From the NCBI GenBank assembly GCA_964234715.1, contig OZ174278.1: a DNA stretch of 64,000 bases. One strand, given 5' to 3'. The position numbers and the translations under genes are program-made. Shown piece by piece: positions 1-12,163 of this stretch. The DNA comes from Podarcis melisellensis. Lineage: Eukaryota. How positions within the stretch are numbered: the first letter of the stretch is position 1; each line of letters opens with the position of its first letter. Under the pieces are notes generated by a model, which was not told where the DNA came from, did not search any database, and saw only the letters and a program-made list of their open reading frames with translations.

Positions 1-996
1 CCTGATGTCGTGCCACCCTGCTGCTGAGGTGGGAACATCTCCTTCCCATTGGCTTGTTCTTGATCTGACACACTTATCTTGCTTTGGATTGAAAGCTCAA
101 GGTCACCCCTACCTCCATATTTCAAGTCAGGCTGTCTAATTTTTTATTTCCTTTTTTCCAAGTGCCTACAAGTTTATCCACTCAAACATATGCCTGCCCC
201 CTTTTTTTCTATTTTACACTTAGAAAATTGCTCAGAAAGAGGTGAGAGCTGGCTTTGACATGAGGGTCAGCTAACCAGCAATGTGAGCAGCATTGCTCCA
301 AGGGAAGTTTCCTAATGACTGGCACAAAGGCTTTGCACAACACTGCTGGGAATGCTCTTCTGTCAGTCATTTTAAACATTCCCTAAAAGCAAGACTTTGC
401 ACATTGCTGGTATGGTGGTCCTCAAGGCAAAGATGGCTTCTGCTCCAAATCAAGACAGGTTCCCCAAATCCAATCAGGGAAAGAAGACTGCAAGTCTCTC
501 CGAAATGCAGTATCCAAATGATATACTCCCAAGCTAGGGAGGAAACTACACCAGTCCTGAAGCTGGCAGATCTTTGGATGGACAGTTCAACCTTATTTTA
601 TTCTTTGTCCCTGCACTCTACCTTTGTCTTGTTCTTGTGTCTATTGTTAACGCTCAGCCTGAGCACCTTTCTGGACCTGGTCAAACTGTTGCATCTGTCA
701 AAAGGGTGAATGCTGCTGGTACAACAAGCTGTTGCACCAGTGTAGTTCCCTGAATTGGTTGAAATAATTCAACCACAAGTGATGCTGTATTGCTGCAACA
801 GTTCATATTCTTGATCCTCTAAACTTGCAGTACTCAGTACCCCAAGCAGCAATTTGTAGGATCAGGCTATTAAAAGGAACAGAATTTATGATATTTTGAA
901 TTGCAGGAAATTCCAGTGACTATTCACAGCTACTGTTGCAGATAGGTTGCCACACACTTTTAGCATGAAATGTTGATAGAGGGGGAAAACTACTAC

Positions 997-1165
997 CTGT
1001 TGTGGATATGGCGTTGTTCTGAGTTTTGTCTTCATTTTATTACTTCTAGGTTTTGTTGCTTTTCTTGTTTCTTGTGAGGTAGATGCCGAGTTTCTGCATG
1101 GAAACTGTGATTTAGAAATGGTGACCTGGTCCAATGATAATGGGAGTTCCTTATATTCTATATCT
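997..1165 (-). CDS. SIM2: SIM2 coding exon 9, 169 nt, with the basic NLS-like segment; the gene continues left of the window
   Basis: (T)DIEYKELPLSLDQVTISKSQFPCRNSASTSQETRKATKPRSNKMKTKLRTTPYPQQ within ORF 886..1218; acceptor TTTTCAG|, donor CAG|GTAGTA. Confidence 0.94.
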
Positions 1166-2632
1166 CTGAAAAAACAACAACAGCATTGCAACAGAGGAAT
1201 GGTCCATTTTCTCCTCACTTAGGTGCCCCCAAGCATTTAAATTGGGGTGGGGGGAGAACCTCAGGCCTAAGGTGCCAATGTGATCCTTTGGGCTTCTCTA
1301 GCTGGCCCTTGGGGCTCTGCAAGCCATGCATCACCCTCCCAACGCTCCTTGAGTGCTCTTGCCTGGCTGTACTGTTTCCTTGAACTATGATAGTATCTCT
1401 CAGATGCCTAGATGGAGACTGTGCGTGTATACACACGTGTACAGCAGGCTGCATTCCAGGTACACACAAGGTAAAAACCACACCCTTTGCTCTATCTACT
1501 TTGGCCTCCAGCTTTGCCCCCTGCTGGCACATAACCCCTGTAAAGTTAACCCTGAGTGTATGTTTCCCTCACACTGAAAAAGGGTTCTCCAACCCTGGTA
1601 TAAAGAAAGCTTCAAAAAAGAATACCAGACATGCCGCAGTCACTGGACTATTAAAACTGAATCCTTAATGCACAAAGAAATGATAGGAAGGGGTTGGTAG
1701 CCGTGAAGCTAGGTTAGGAGTTCAATTCAGGACACTTGAACTCCAGACACTGCCAGAGAGGAGTAACTGGGCCACCTCTCATACTTTCAAAGCTTTCATT
1801 CAACTGCCTCTATAATACTGTGTATGTAAGCAGTTATTTGATATACACTCTCAACCTGTCATTTGTTCATAGTTGTGCAGCTGGAACCCATTAATAGTTA
1901 ATAATATATTTGAAAAATGGCTGCCCTTCTCCATCCTAAAGTAATAGTCTGCCTCTGTGTCATAAGAATGGTTATCTCCTTAGGTTGTTTTTTGTTTAAT
2001 TAGTTTTCTGGAGTTTTTTGGGGTTTTTTGTCATCAGCTGATCTGCACCTGCATTTTCTCTAAAAGAGCTGCATTTATTCCAATGCCATTTTAGTTCATT
2101 AATATGTCACAGTGTAGGGGTAGAGCAGGACCAGCCCTAACATTAGGCAGAGCAAGGTGGGCATCTCAGGTGGCAGATGCTGGAGTGCAGGAGGGCAGTA
2201 GTAGCATCGCCCCCTGATCCCTACCCCAGCTGTGCCTCTCTGATGCAGAATAGAATTATGTGTGTGCAATGCAGCCTGCATTGTGCCACCTAAGGTAGAC
2301 TGCTCCCTTGATGTGCAGCGAAAGATGCTGTACAATTGCCAGTGTTGAAATAAGATTTAACTTCTAGTTCAGGCAACCTCTGTACATGGAAAGGGATGTG
2401 CTCTCTTCTACCTTGTGTCAGGCAGCAAACCTTTCAAGAAAGTTTTTCAATAATGTCATTTTATGTTGTTTGAAATGTAGTCATTCTTTTAGTATTAGAT
2501 TGGTTGTCTAGAACACAGTCTTCAGCTGTGAGATTGAAACCCAGAAGTGAGTTGGCCATACCAAAATACTTTCCCCCCCCCCCCCCAGGAAATGATGTCT
2601 ACCTTATAAAGCCTAATAGAGTATTATAAAGC

Positions 2633-2694
<62 letters not shown>

Positions 2695-2745
2695 GGTTTT
2701 GGTGTCCTCGGGTGTCTTCCCGTGTAAAAGTTGGGGTGTCTAGGC

Positions 2746-2779
2746 GACGTTTCGACGAGGTCTCACTCGTCATCTTCAG
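2746..2779 (-). ncRNA. Minimal hammerhead ribozyme motif, sense to the SIM2 pre-mRNA
   Basis: Exact reverse complement of 2849-2882. Confidence 0.7.
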
Positions 2780-2848
2780 GCTGGTGCTTTCGGCTTCTTG
2801 TTACTGGAACAGAGCTTGTTCCAGTAACAAGAAGCCGAAAGCACCAGC

Positions 2849-2882
2849 CTGAAGATGACGAGTGAGACCTCGTCGAAACGTC
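2849..2882 (+). ncRNA. Minimal type I hammerhead ribozyme motif (PLE-type)
   Basis: CTGAAGA-T-[GACGAG/TGAGAC/CTCGTC stem II]-GAAA-CGTC; palindromic ACGT in place of helix III; predicted cleavage after GTC at 2882. Confidence 0.7.
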
Positions 2883-2964
2883 GCCTAGACACCCCAACTT
2901 TTACACGGGAAGACACCCGAGGACACCAAAACCTGCATTCCTGTACCCGTGAAAATCTACGAAA

Positions 2965-3011
<47 letters not shown>

Positions 3012-3062
3012 GGTTTTGGTGTCCTCGGGTGTCTTCCCGTGTAAAAGTTGGGGTGTCTAGGC

Positions 3063-3096
3063 GACGTTTCGACGAGGTCTCACTCGTCATCTTCAG
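3063..3096 (-). ncRNA. Minimal hammerhead ribozyme motif, sense to the SIM2 pre-mRNA
   Basis: Exact reverse complement of 3312-3345. Confidence 0.7.
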
Positions 3097-3311
3097 GCTG
3101 GTGCTTTCGGCTTCTTGTTACTGGAACAGAGCAGGATCTCAGTGTTTGAGTTCCTATAAATACTGTTGAGGGGGTGTGGTGTATAGCCTCCAATGTTCTG
3201 GGCAGAGAGGAACATTGGAGGCTATACACCACACCCCCTCAACAGTATTTATAGGAACTCAAACACTGAGATCCTGCTCTGTTCCAGTAACAAGAAGCCG
3301 AAAGCACCAGC

Positions 3312-3345
3312 CTGAAGATGACGAGTGAGACCTCGTCGAAACGTC
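3312..3345 (+). ncRNA. Minimal hammerhead ribozyme motif, second plus-strand copy
   Basis: Identical to 2849-2882. Confidence 0.7.
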
Positions 3346-3572
3346 GCCTAGACACCCCAACTTTTACACGGGAAGACACCCGAGGACACCAAAACCTGCA
3401 TTCCTGTACCCGTGAAAATCTACGAAAGCATATATATATATATATATATATCGGTGATCAACATTTTAAAGTAACAATTTGGAAATCAGGATGGAAGAAA
3501 CAGATAAAGTTATCAACATGAGACACTGAATAAAATGAATGTGGTATACAATGGTAGGAAATATGGACTTAC

Positions 3573-3720
3573 GTTAGGACATAATTAACACTCACTATGC
3601 AGTGAGGTCGTGATGAGCGGCTGTTGTGTACAATCGTGGCATAGCTCTGGACCCAAACCCAGCCACTGTTCTTTGACAGCAACCGATAGTACTTGGTTGT
3701 GACTTGTCCTTTCACCAACA
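3573..3720 (-). CDS. SIM2: SIM2 coding exon 8 (PAS-B/PAC), 148 nt
   Basis: (L)[48 protein letters not shown](T); acceptor TTTATAG|, donor AC|GTAAGT. Confidence 0.96.
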
Positions 3721-5564
3721 CTATAAAACATAACATGAAAGGAATTTAATTATACTCATACTCTGCCTTTCCTCCATGAAACTTGAGGTGGCATATTTAA
3801 GGCTCCCAGGTGACCTTCTGTTCAGACATTGATCCAGACCTGCTTGGCTTAAGAAAGTTTGTTACATCATTGATTTTCAGGCCATACCATTGTACTTTGG
3901 TTTATTTGTTTTTTAAAAAGAGCATTTTACCCTTATAATTGAACTTTCAAGCAAGGGCAATATTTCGGTTACTGCGACTGAATGTTCTCTTAATACAGGT
4001 CTTATCTAATACAAAATCCAATAAATAAAACAGAATCCTAGATACGTCTGCTCAGAAGTCCCACTAAACGTGTATAGGATTGCAGGCTAAAAACTCATTT
4101 GAGCCTTCGTTTGTGCTTTCTTGTACTCCTGGACTCTTGCCTAATTAAAAGTTTATCCAATTCTCTTATAGCTGTAATACAAAATCTCAAACCAAAACAT
4201 GTTCTGCCTTCTGCCTTCTTGTATATCCTTTTCTTAACATCCCATATTGACTGTAGATTTAAGAATGAAGTGATATGGAGAAAGAACATTTTGGACTATA
4301 CTTTCTCAGTGGCTGCTTTCTGACAATCATATCTTGGCTTAATAAGCTGAGGTATGAATGAGCCTCATACACCTGTATGTCGCTACTCTGCTCCTCTCTT
4401 TGTGCAAGACAGGAAATTTGCAGTTAACTATAGCTTCCTGTTACAACTGAAGCAGGAAACTATGGTTAATGGCTTCCAAACAAGCCAGGCTATTTAACTT
4501 TAAAGCATGACTTTATATTTTAGCAGCTTATTGAAAAATAGTGGTTTGCTTGAGATCCTGCAACCAATTCCAAGAGCAGAGAAACGGGGCACCACAGTTT
4601 TGGGAACAAGCAGAAGTCCTGCTCAATACACAGAACTAGTTGTACAGTTGTCTAGCTTTAACCTAGAGTTCTTTCCTCACAGACCACTTCCCAAGCTTCC
4701 TGATGCATGTATTTTTTCAGAAAATTAAAACATCTCTATTAAGTCGATATGCATACCCTTAAGAGAATTTGGATTTTCTTACTATAGATTAGTTCAGCTA
4801 AGATAGCCGGTGCCTGAAGGTTCTTTACATTTATTACTCTGAGCCAAACAACATACCTAATTTCCATTATAAATGTTACTGCCTTCCACAGCAGCCATTT
4901 GCTCCCAAAGGTGCTGTAAACAGTTGGGAGAGGACAATATTTGGTGGGAAATCAATGCAGAGCTCCAAAACGCTGCTTTAACTTCAAAATAAAAGTTCTC
5001 AGGCTTGTCTAAAAAGTGTGAATTATTTGTTGTTGCTATTTATTAAATTTATCCAGGCAGCCTTTGAACACGTGAATTCTGCCACTACTGCACTGTCAGA
5101 ATACCAAAGAAATTCATTATGATTAAAAAGGAGTTGCCTAATCTGTAATACACATGAAATCCAGAGACTTGTGCACAAATATCATTCCTACCCTAGTCAT
5201 CCTCATAGCTTGGCATGTTGCTAATGAAGTTCTTTAGGAAATCTACTAGTACTGGAACAACAGCTGTAACAAACTGTCAGTCACTTCGTCTTCTTCCAGT
5301 ACTAGCTCACATTTTCTTAACTTGAAGAATATGGATATGAATAATCTCTGATTCATCAATTTACTTTGCTTTCAAAATTTGTTCCAGCAGCTTCACATAT
5401 TAAAAAGTTACACCAATGAATTAATATGAAACCGAGGTGTAGACAATACATTATCATTTTACATGTGAGTTTTTTACTAGGCAAGCTGTGCCCCAACACT
5501 TATACTGTGAATAACTCACATCAACATCATTACAAAATTATTTTACTTGTTTTCCATTACTTAC

Positions 5565-5671
5565 AAAGATGGTGAGCATATCGTAAATGAAATACATCAC
5601 ATCCATGCACATGGTGGTAGAGAGTTTTCTCTATCAGGTCCTGTGGCTCATATCCAGTTAATTCAGTCACT
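5565..5671 (-). CDS. SIM2: SIM2 coding exon 7 (PAS-B), 107 nt
   Basis: (R)[35 protein letters not shown](L); acceptor TTTTAG|, donor T|GTAAGT. Confidence 0.96.
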
Positions 5672-5778
5672 CTAAAAGAAAGAAATATAGCTAATAAGCA
5701 GCATCCTTAAATATTTTACAGCAATAAACAATTGCTCTCCTTTTCCAGAAATCAAGTTTCCTGAAACCTTCAGAATTA

Positions 5779-6005
5779 CAGTAAACCCACAACTTATGCA
5801 CATTTAAGTTGTGCGCATTCAGTTTTACATGCTTGGCAAAAAGCATTTTAAAAAATCAAAAAGGGCAGAAAGGAGGTAGGCATCTGAGAAAAAAGACTCT
5901 GGCAATCCCACCTGCTATTGAACCCAATGTGTTTTGACTATACACAATTTTGGCTTAAGGAGCAATCCCTGGAATGTAACCCCCACATAAATTGCAGGCT
6001 TACAG
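5779..6005. mobile_element. Degenerate Tc1/mariner (Tigger-like) MITE
   Basis: TA-CAGTAAACCCACAACTTATG ... CATAAATTGCAGGCTTACAG-TA: imperfect TIRs with TA flanks. Confidence 0.5.
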
Positions 6006-6487
6006 TATACATTTGTTTTTAACTTTATTAGCTTCATAGAGTACAAAACCTCAACAGTATATTTAAAATACCTATATGCATTTCAGTATAAAGGATTATG
6101 CTGAAATATATCAAGCATTACATAGCACCGATCTATTAAAGGGGAATGCTATAATAACAATTCTCACTTTTAAGCAGAAACATTTTCAGTGGCTGTTCCA
6201 TTTGGTAAGATAATGAGTAGGTATGGTGTTGACTGGTTAATGGGACAGAGGATGAATATTTGCTCACATTCAGAATTGCCGAAGGATACAACTAGCAGTA
6301 CTGCAGGATATGGCACAGATGAAATAAATTGTGGGGCCTCCTACGGGGACCCTGGGACAATAATACAGACTAAAAGGGTACATAAGAGATAGCTTCCTAC
6401 TAGAGCACCTGCTGGATACTATTAAGTCTCATTCCTGGTCCAAATGTGGCAGTTGTTATTTCTTTGGGATGCATTAAATTTATGACG

Positions 6488-6605
6488 GCCCTCCAGCTGT
6501 TTTGGGACTACAACTCCCATCATCCCTAGCTAACAGGACCAGTGGTCAGGGATGATGGGAATTGTAGTCCCAAAACAGCTGGAGGGCCAAGTTTGGCCAT
6601 GCCTG
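6488..6605. mobile_element. Palindromic hAT-type MITE, left end truncated
   Basis: GGCCCTCCAGCTGTTTTGGGACTACAACTCCCATCATCCCT ... AGGGATGATGGGAATTGTAGTCCCAAAACAGCTGGAGGGCC; same family as 9491-9622. Confidence 0.75.
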
Positions 6606-7270
6606 GTCTAGATGCTTTATTGCTATCTCTTTGCCTGAGTAGGGAGGGTGGGGGGATACATTCTAAGTGTGCTCAATAGTATGTATCAACAATGTGATAG
6701 TCAGTTTTTCAAACAAATTTGTTACTGTCTTGTGAGCTTCCTTCTTTGCTTAGAGAGCTACTCAAGAAAAGAGTAAGCAAAGATCATTTTCTTTACTGCT
6801 GGCAAACCCACAAGTGACATTTACCTTTTGCCAAGATTAATGAATATAACAGGAGTGATTAATCTGTAGGGCCTGTAATCAGTTTATAAATATAAGAGAG
6901 CATAAAAGAAATTAGATATTTGTCTTAGGAGAAGGAATAGCAGTGTCCCTTAAGAGGGATGAAAAGAACATTTAAGTTAGATATTACAGAATAACAGGAC
7001 AATGAACACTGCAACACAAATAACTTGGGTACAAAAAAAATACTAAGGCCCTACCACTGAGGATAAAAGGATAAAATATGCCTTCTGCAGCACCTGTACG
7101 ATTTGAAAGTGTGATCATTTCACTGTCTGGACACAAGATTTGCACAGTTACAGCCTTCACTGCAATATAACTCATTTGATAAGCTATTATTATTACAGGT
7201 CCTCTCAGCAGGAATCTCATGATGTAGCCATAGGGCAAAGCCATCTTGTCTTAACTGGTCTTTAAAGATA

Positions 7271-7594
7271 CCGTACTTTTCCGTGTATAACATGCCCCCT
7301 ATTATGGGGGGCTCAAAATTAAGAAAAGGGGGGATTTTGGGGGGAGGACTGCCCAGAATTGTTGAGCACATCGCCAAATCAACCAATCCTCTGTCCCAAT
7401 GCCGAAAAACGCAGCACACTGGCTGCCCAATTGCCACAGTGACAGCCAATCAACACCAGCCCTTGCCACAGCCACCAATAATCTCCAACTAGCAGCAACC
7501 AATCTGATATCCCCACAATGCACACTACCCGTGTATAAAATGACCCCTAATTTTGAGTAAAAAAACCCATAGTCTTATAGACAGAAAAGTACGG
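7271..7594. mobile_element. Tc1/mariner-superfamily non-autonomous element
   Basis: TIRs CCGTACTTTTCCGTGTATAA / TTATAGACAGAAAAGTACGG, flanked by a TA target duplication. Confidence 0.8.
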
Positions 7595-9446
7595 TAATCC
7601 AGATTTATCTAGGGATCAGAATGCTAAACCCATCCACATGGTCCATCTTGTTTGTCACCCGTCTTTGATTATCAATAGGTATCAGAGAAGGTGCTATTAT
7701 TACTTAGAACCATGATACTAAAGGGTTAGGCAAGGCTTCCCCCAACTGGTGCCCTGCAGATGTTTTGGACTTCATCATCAATGGCTGTGCTGTCTGATTA
7801 CAAATAACAGCAAGAAAATGCTAATAAACTTTGTGACATTGATATTTATCCTTTCCTTGGTGGGGGGAGAGCAATAGGGTATTCTACTCAAAAGCCTAAA
7901 ATATAACTCTTTACAAAGGCATTATATAGAACTAATTTCCTGTTTGTAATGAACACAGAAGAGGAAATGAGTTAATACAGCAAATGAAATCAAGCACTGC
8001 TGAGAGTATTCATTTTCCTCTACCACTAAGGTCATGAGTTTGCTATTTTGTCTTGAAGTCAACAGATTTTTCATTTATCTCTCACGTTCAATATCTGGTA
8101 AGTTTTGAAAGTAAGATACAGAAATTTAGTAGTGTGCTTTTAGCCTCCTTTTGAAAACTGATAGAAACAAATACTCATATGTCCACACCCCTACCCTATT
8201 AACTTTTCAGTTCTTCTCTACATTGTAACCTCCAGCACTGCTCCACTTGTAGATAATTTTAAATTATTTCTCCACTAAAGTTTCAAAATGTACTGCTTAG
8301 TTGAACACCAAGGGAAAGGTCACTTATAAGTAGCAATGGGGAAGAAATTGAATTCAGTTAGCTTTTAAAGCCAAATTAATCAAAATCACACTCATCTGAA
8401 TTTTGCTGTGCAGTTCTCCAACCAATGTTTACAAAAATGCATATATTAGAAAGATATGTGTATAAGAATGAATTATCTGTGAAAGCATACAGAAACACAT
8501 TATATTAGTAAAAGTTGCTTTTAAAAATCTGTACATTAGTCAAAACTGCACCCAAAAATATGTTTAGGAGGATAAATTTGCCTACTAAATTTGCACTAAA
8601 ATGCTGAAGAATTTTCATGAGGATTAAAAATAAATAAATCACAAATTGCTGTAGAACTGAAGTTAAGACTGGAAAAAATGAGAAGCTTAAAGAATAAAAA
8701 ATGACAGATCCTTTCATCCCACCTTATGATCAAAAAATTATCTGTAGCTCACATAGCACAGACATAATTCACTGTCTTACCCCAGTACAGGAGTCGACCA
8801 AAAAAACTACTGGGTTAACAACCAGTATTCCCTTTTCACTTCACTCCAGATACAAGAGTTTAACTATATATTAGTAATATAAAATGCTGTGAAATACGAA
8901 ACACCATTGCATAGCAACTAAGATATTTTCAAATATACCCGTATCAAATATCAACAGATGTAATGAGCAATATTTCAGTTCGAGAAATATTTACAAAGAC
9001 AACTTCACAACCTACTGTTTCTGTCCAATATCCATTTCCCTATTATTTTTAAATTTTGCTAAACTGGGAGCAAGATAAAACAAAACATCTCAGTAAAGAC
9101 AAAGACAAACATGACCAAGAAAGAGCAACACGGCTGCTAACAAAACAGCAAATGTTATTATTGTGAATTTATAGTAAGTTGTTGCTTAGACTGCTTTGAC
9201 CATATTTATAATTAAATGGTCCATAAACAAACAAACAATTAGTGTGAATTAGTTTTATTTCTTTTTAACATGCAGTGGTTTAGGGCTGGGTGAGGTATGT
9301 TGTATACAGCAGGAACAGCAAAAGAAGACTCTCCTGTTCTATTATTTCTGTGGGAATTCACTTCAGCATTTTAGCAGCAAAGGCCTATTTTGTTTTGGTT
9401 AGGATTCAAGCCAATATTGACATTACATCTTACAAATGACTATTTT

Positions 9447-9628
9447 CATAGAATCATAGAATTGGAAGGTACCCCGAGGATCATCTAGTCCAGTGTTTCT
9501 CAACCTTGTGCCTCCAGCTGTTTTTGAACTACAACTCCCATCATCCCTGACTAGCAAGACCAGTGGCAAGGGATGATGGGAATTGTAGTCCAAAAACAGC
9601 TGGAGGCACAAGGTTGGGAAACAACCCC
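9447..9628. mobile_element. CR1-like 3' tail (minus strand) interrupted by a palindromic hAT MITE (9491 to about 9622)
   Basis: CATAGAATCATAGAATTGGAAGG...ATCTAGTC, then CAGTGTTTCTCAACC...GGTTGGGAAAC, then AACCCC resuming the CR1-like sequence. Confidence 0.7.
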
Positions 9629-10202
9629 CAGCATTCCCATATTATGGTATGCAAGCTATGCAAACTGTGACCTTAGGAACAAAAGTTGGTTTTGTGATAA
9701 AAGTACAAACTAAGAACTTCAGAGTCCTGAAGTGTGTATGAAGTTTTGCCAACAGCTTTCTAGTTAAGCTGTGCCTCATTTGTCAACTTTGTCATGGAGC
9801 AACTTAGTACTTCCTCTATTCTCCACTTTGCATAATTAAAAGAATGTCCAGTCTTCAAAAGACAACCTCAGTCTTCCAGTAATTTTGGTTAACTCAATTT
9901 CAACCATTACTGCTACCAAATAAAAGTATTTACTCCATGAGCAGTGGCTTGTCCTACAGTGATACTTAAAGTGTCACTTTATCCTATGTTCATGTTACAG
10001 GCGTTAACACGTATAACATACAACAAAGCTTCATTTTCAAATGCTGTAACAATTCAAAGATAATATTGTTTCTACAGTTTTGTGTGGATTCTCTTGTTCT
10101 CTTGCTCTTTTTCAGCTTTATATTTTTTAGCTATCTTTTGCAAGTTGCCACAAGCATATGGGAAAATGGAACAACCATTTTTGAAAATAAATTTTTACTT
10201 AC

Positions 10203-10402
10203 CTTGAATCTAGAAATATCAGTTTTAGATCTAGGCTTGCTCTGAACATAAACATGTTACTATGGAGTTTGATCTCAGTGATTGCACTCGGAGGTAATGA
10301 TTGACCTACAGCAACCAGCCCCACAATTTGGTAACAGGTATCATACAAAGACATATCCAACATGTACTGACGTATCTTCAAATAGCCACTGCAGTGGATC
10401 AC
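10203..10402 (-). CDS. SIM2: SIM2 coding exon 6, 200 nt
   Basis: [66 protein letters not shown](R), matching ORF 10199..10402; acceptor ACCAG|, donor AG|GTAAGT. Confidence 0.97.
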
Positions 10403-10499
10403 CTGGTATGATATGGGAGAAAAAAGGTACAGTTATGAAGGAGAAACGAATGACTAAGATGGCCTCTTGAGAATGCTGTTTACCTAAAATCTCCAGGAT

Positions 10500-10503
<4 letters not shown>

Positions 10504-10548
<45 letters not shown>
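10504..10548. repeat. (CT)n(GT)n compound microsatellite
   Basis: Directly visible, about 100 nt upstream of the exon 6 acceptor. Confidence 0.95.
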
Positions 10549-12104
10549 TTCCTGAGTAGTCTTTTTACAGGTGAATTGGTAGGTTTAAAGCAGAGGTCAA
10601 CATATACCATGTATTGCATGCCAACACTATATGACAATTAAGCTGACATTAAATTGCAAAGATCTTGACTCTACATTCTCTAGATACATTCAGAGTATCA
10701 AATTATTTTTGTGGCCCTCTGAATATTTATTATACATTATCTTCTTATAACATAATGCTCAATGTGAAATATCCAGATAATATTTGATTGTCTTTGCATA
10801 AACCTAATTAAACATGCATACACACAAATTTAAATTATACATTTGATAAGCCTATGTTGAAATGCACACACAGAACACTGGTGATTGTACCGAAGTCTTG
10901 CCATAAACAGTTATCAGCTTGGAAGGAGGGAGGCAGAGATGAGTGGTGGCAGAAAGACCGACAGAAACTGAAAGACAGTAGGATTGTGTCCCATCCCCTG
11001 GGGTTGCCAACACAGAGTCCACAGATCTCAGTAAATAATCCGCTCAAAAATCTGCAACGCATGAGAGTCTGTTTGCTCTTTCAGCTCAGCTCCTGTTTGC
11101 ACTGGTTTGGCCTCTCCTACACTGACCACACTCCATTAAACATGCCCACATTTCACTTGAATGGACACACACCTATTCTGAACAAAGAGAGGTGCAAATA
11201 ACTTCTCTCTATGAGCAGTACGGCAGTTGCTGGGGAAGATGCCTTTTTCCACACTGATGCGACAGGGGGGACATGCACACACCATTTGGTAGTGCTGATT
11301 CTTTTTCTGCTCTTTTAAACATGGGTGAGTTATGCCACACACCCTAGAGCAGCCATTTTATGCCACCCACACCATGTTAGCCATTTTGTGGTTGGCGCTC
11401 ATGGCATAATTCAGCACAAAAATATGTGAGTGTGGAAGCACTGCACATGCAACTGGAGACAAGCCTTTTTCAGAGTTTGTGATTGTGCAGACAGAGCTTA
11501 TAGCCATACCATCAGTATATGCATAGGCTCATTCACATGGCATGCTGAACCTTCATAGGGATAGAAGCAATTCCATTGGCTTCTCCACATGCATTCATGA
11601 TTCATTATAATGTGTAGCCTATGCATATTTACTCAAAAGTACGTTCAGTGAGTTTAGTGGTTTCAATAACATGTACACATGCAGAGGCTTTCCACCTTTG
11701 CCTCCTCACATTCACTCAAGGAGAGAAGAGGAGGAAGAACTGCTGTGCAATTTCCACCTTCAATCTATTTGATCCTCAGAGTTTTCAGTTATCCTTGCAA
11801 ACAAGCCATTTGCTATTTGCTGTGGCAATAGCTGCTTTCATAGAGGCTGCTGATGCAGCAAACAAATGACAGCCAAAACCGTCGCAGACTGGATTTGGGG
11901 TTGGCTTCTCCCGGGACATAGCATGAAGTAGCAAAGGAAAACATGCAATACTATGATTGTTTACTTGGGAATAAGCCCCAATGAATTCAGCAAAGCCTTC
12001 CTTTTGAGTAAACATGCACAGTATCAGGCTATAAGCTTTACTGCAAAGCATTTGCATGTCTGCACAAGAGGCTGTGGACCTGGAAGAAGGGAATGGGGAG
12101 GGTG

Positions 12105-12107
<3 letters not shown>

Positions 12108-12159
<52 letters not shown>
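12108..12159. repeat. (GA)n microsatellite
   Basis: Directly visible; explains the ERERER/SLSLSL ORFs. Confidence 0.95.

Positions 12160-12163
<4 letters not shown>

Larger units (their letters stand above)
2641..3451. mobile_element. Four Penelope-like element terminal fragments forming two palindromes within (TA)n
   Basis: Inverted arms 2690-2811/2817-2938 and 3007-3198/3210-3401; (TA)n tracts at 2641-2691, 2967-3008 and 3430-3451; CTGAAGATG...CGAAACGTC motif and upstream AGTATTTATA, which I recall as typical of PLE pseudo-LTRs. Confidence 0.8.

Noticed and set aside
1-996. SIM2 exon 10 or a gene from ORF 293..709
   Set aside because: I found no SIM2 C-terminal-like sequence on the minus strand, and the plus-strand ORF has no recognisable homology. 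Treated as intron 9.
2776-3521. Three ORFs sharing MTSETSSKRRLDTPTFTREDTRGHQNLH
   Set aside because: They are a by-product of the palindromic repeat and run into (TA)n-encoded IYIY. The conserved signal is the RNA motif, not a protein.
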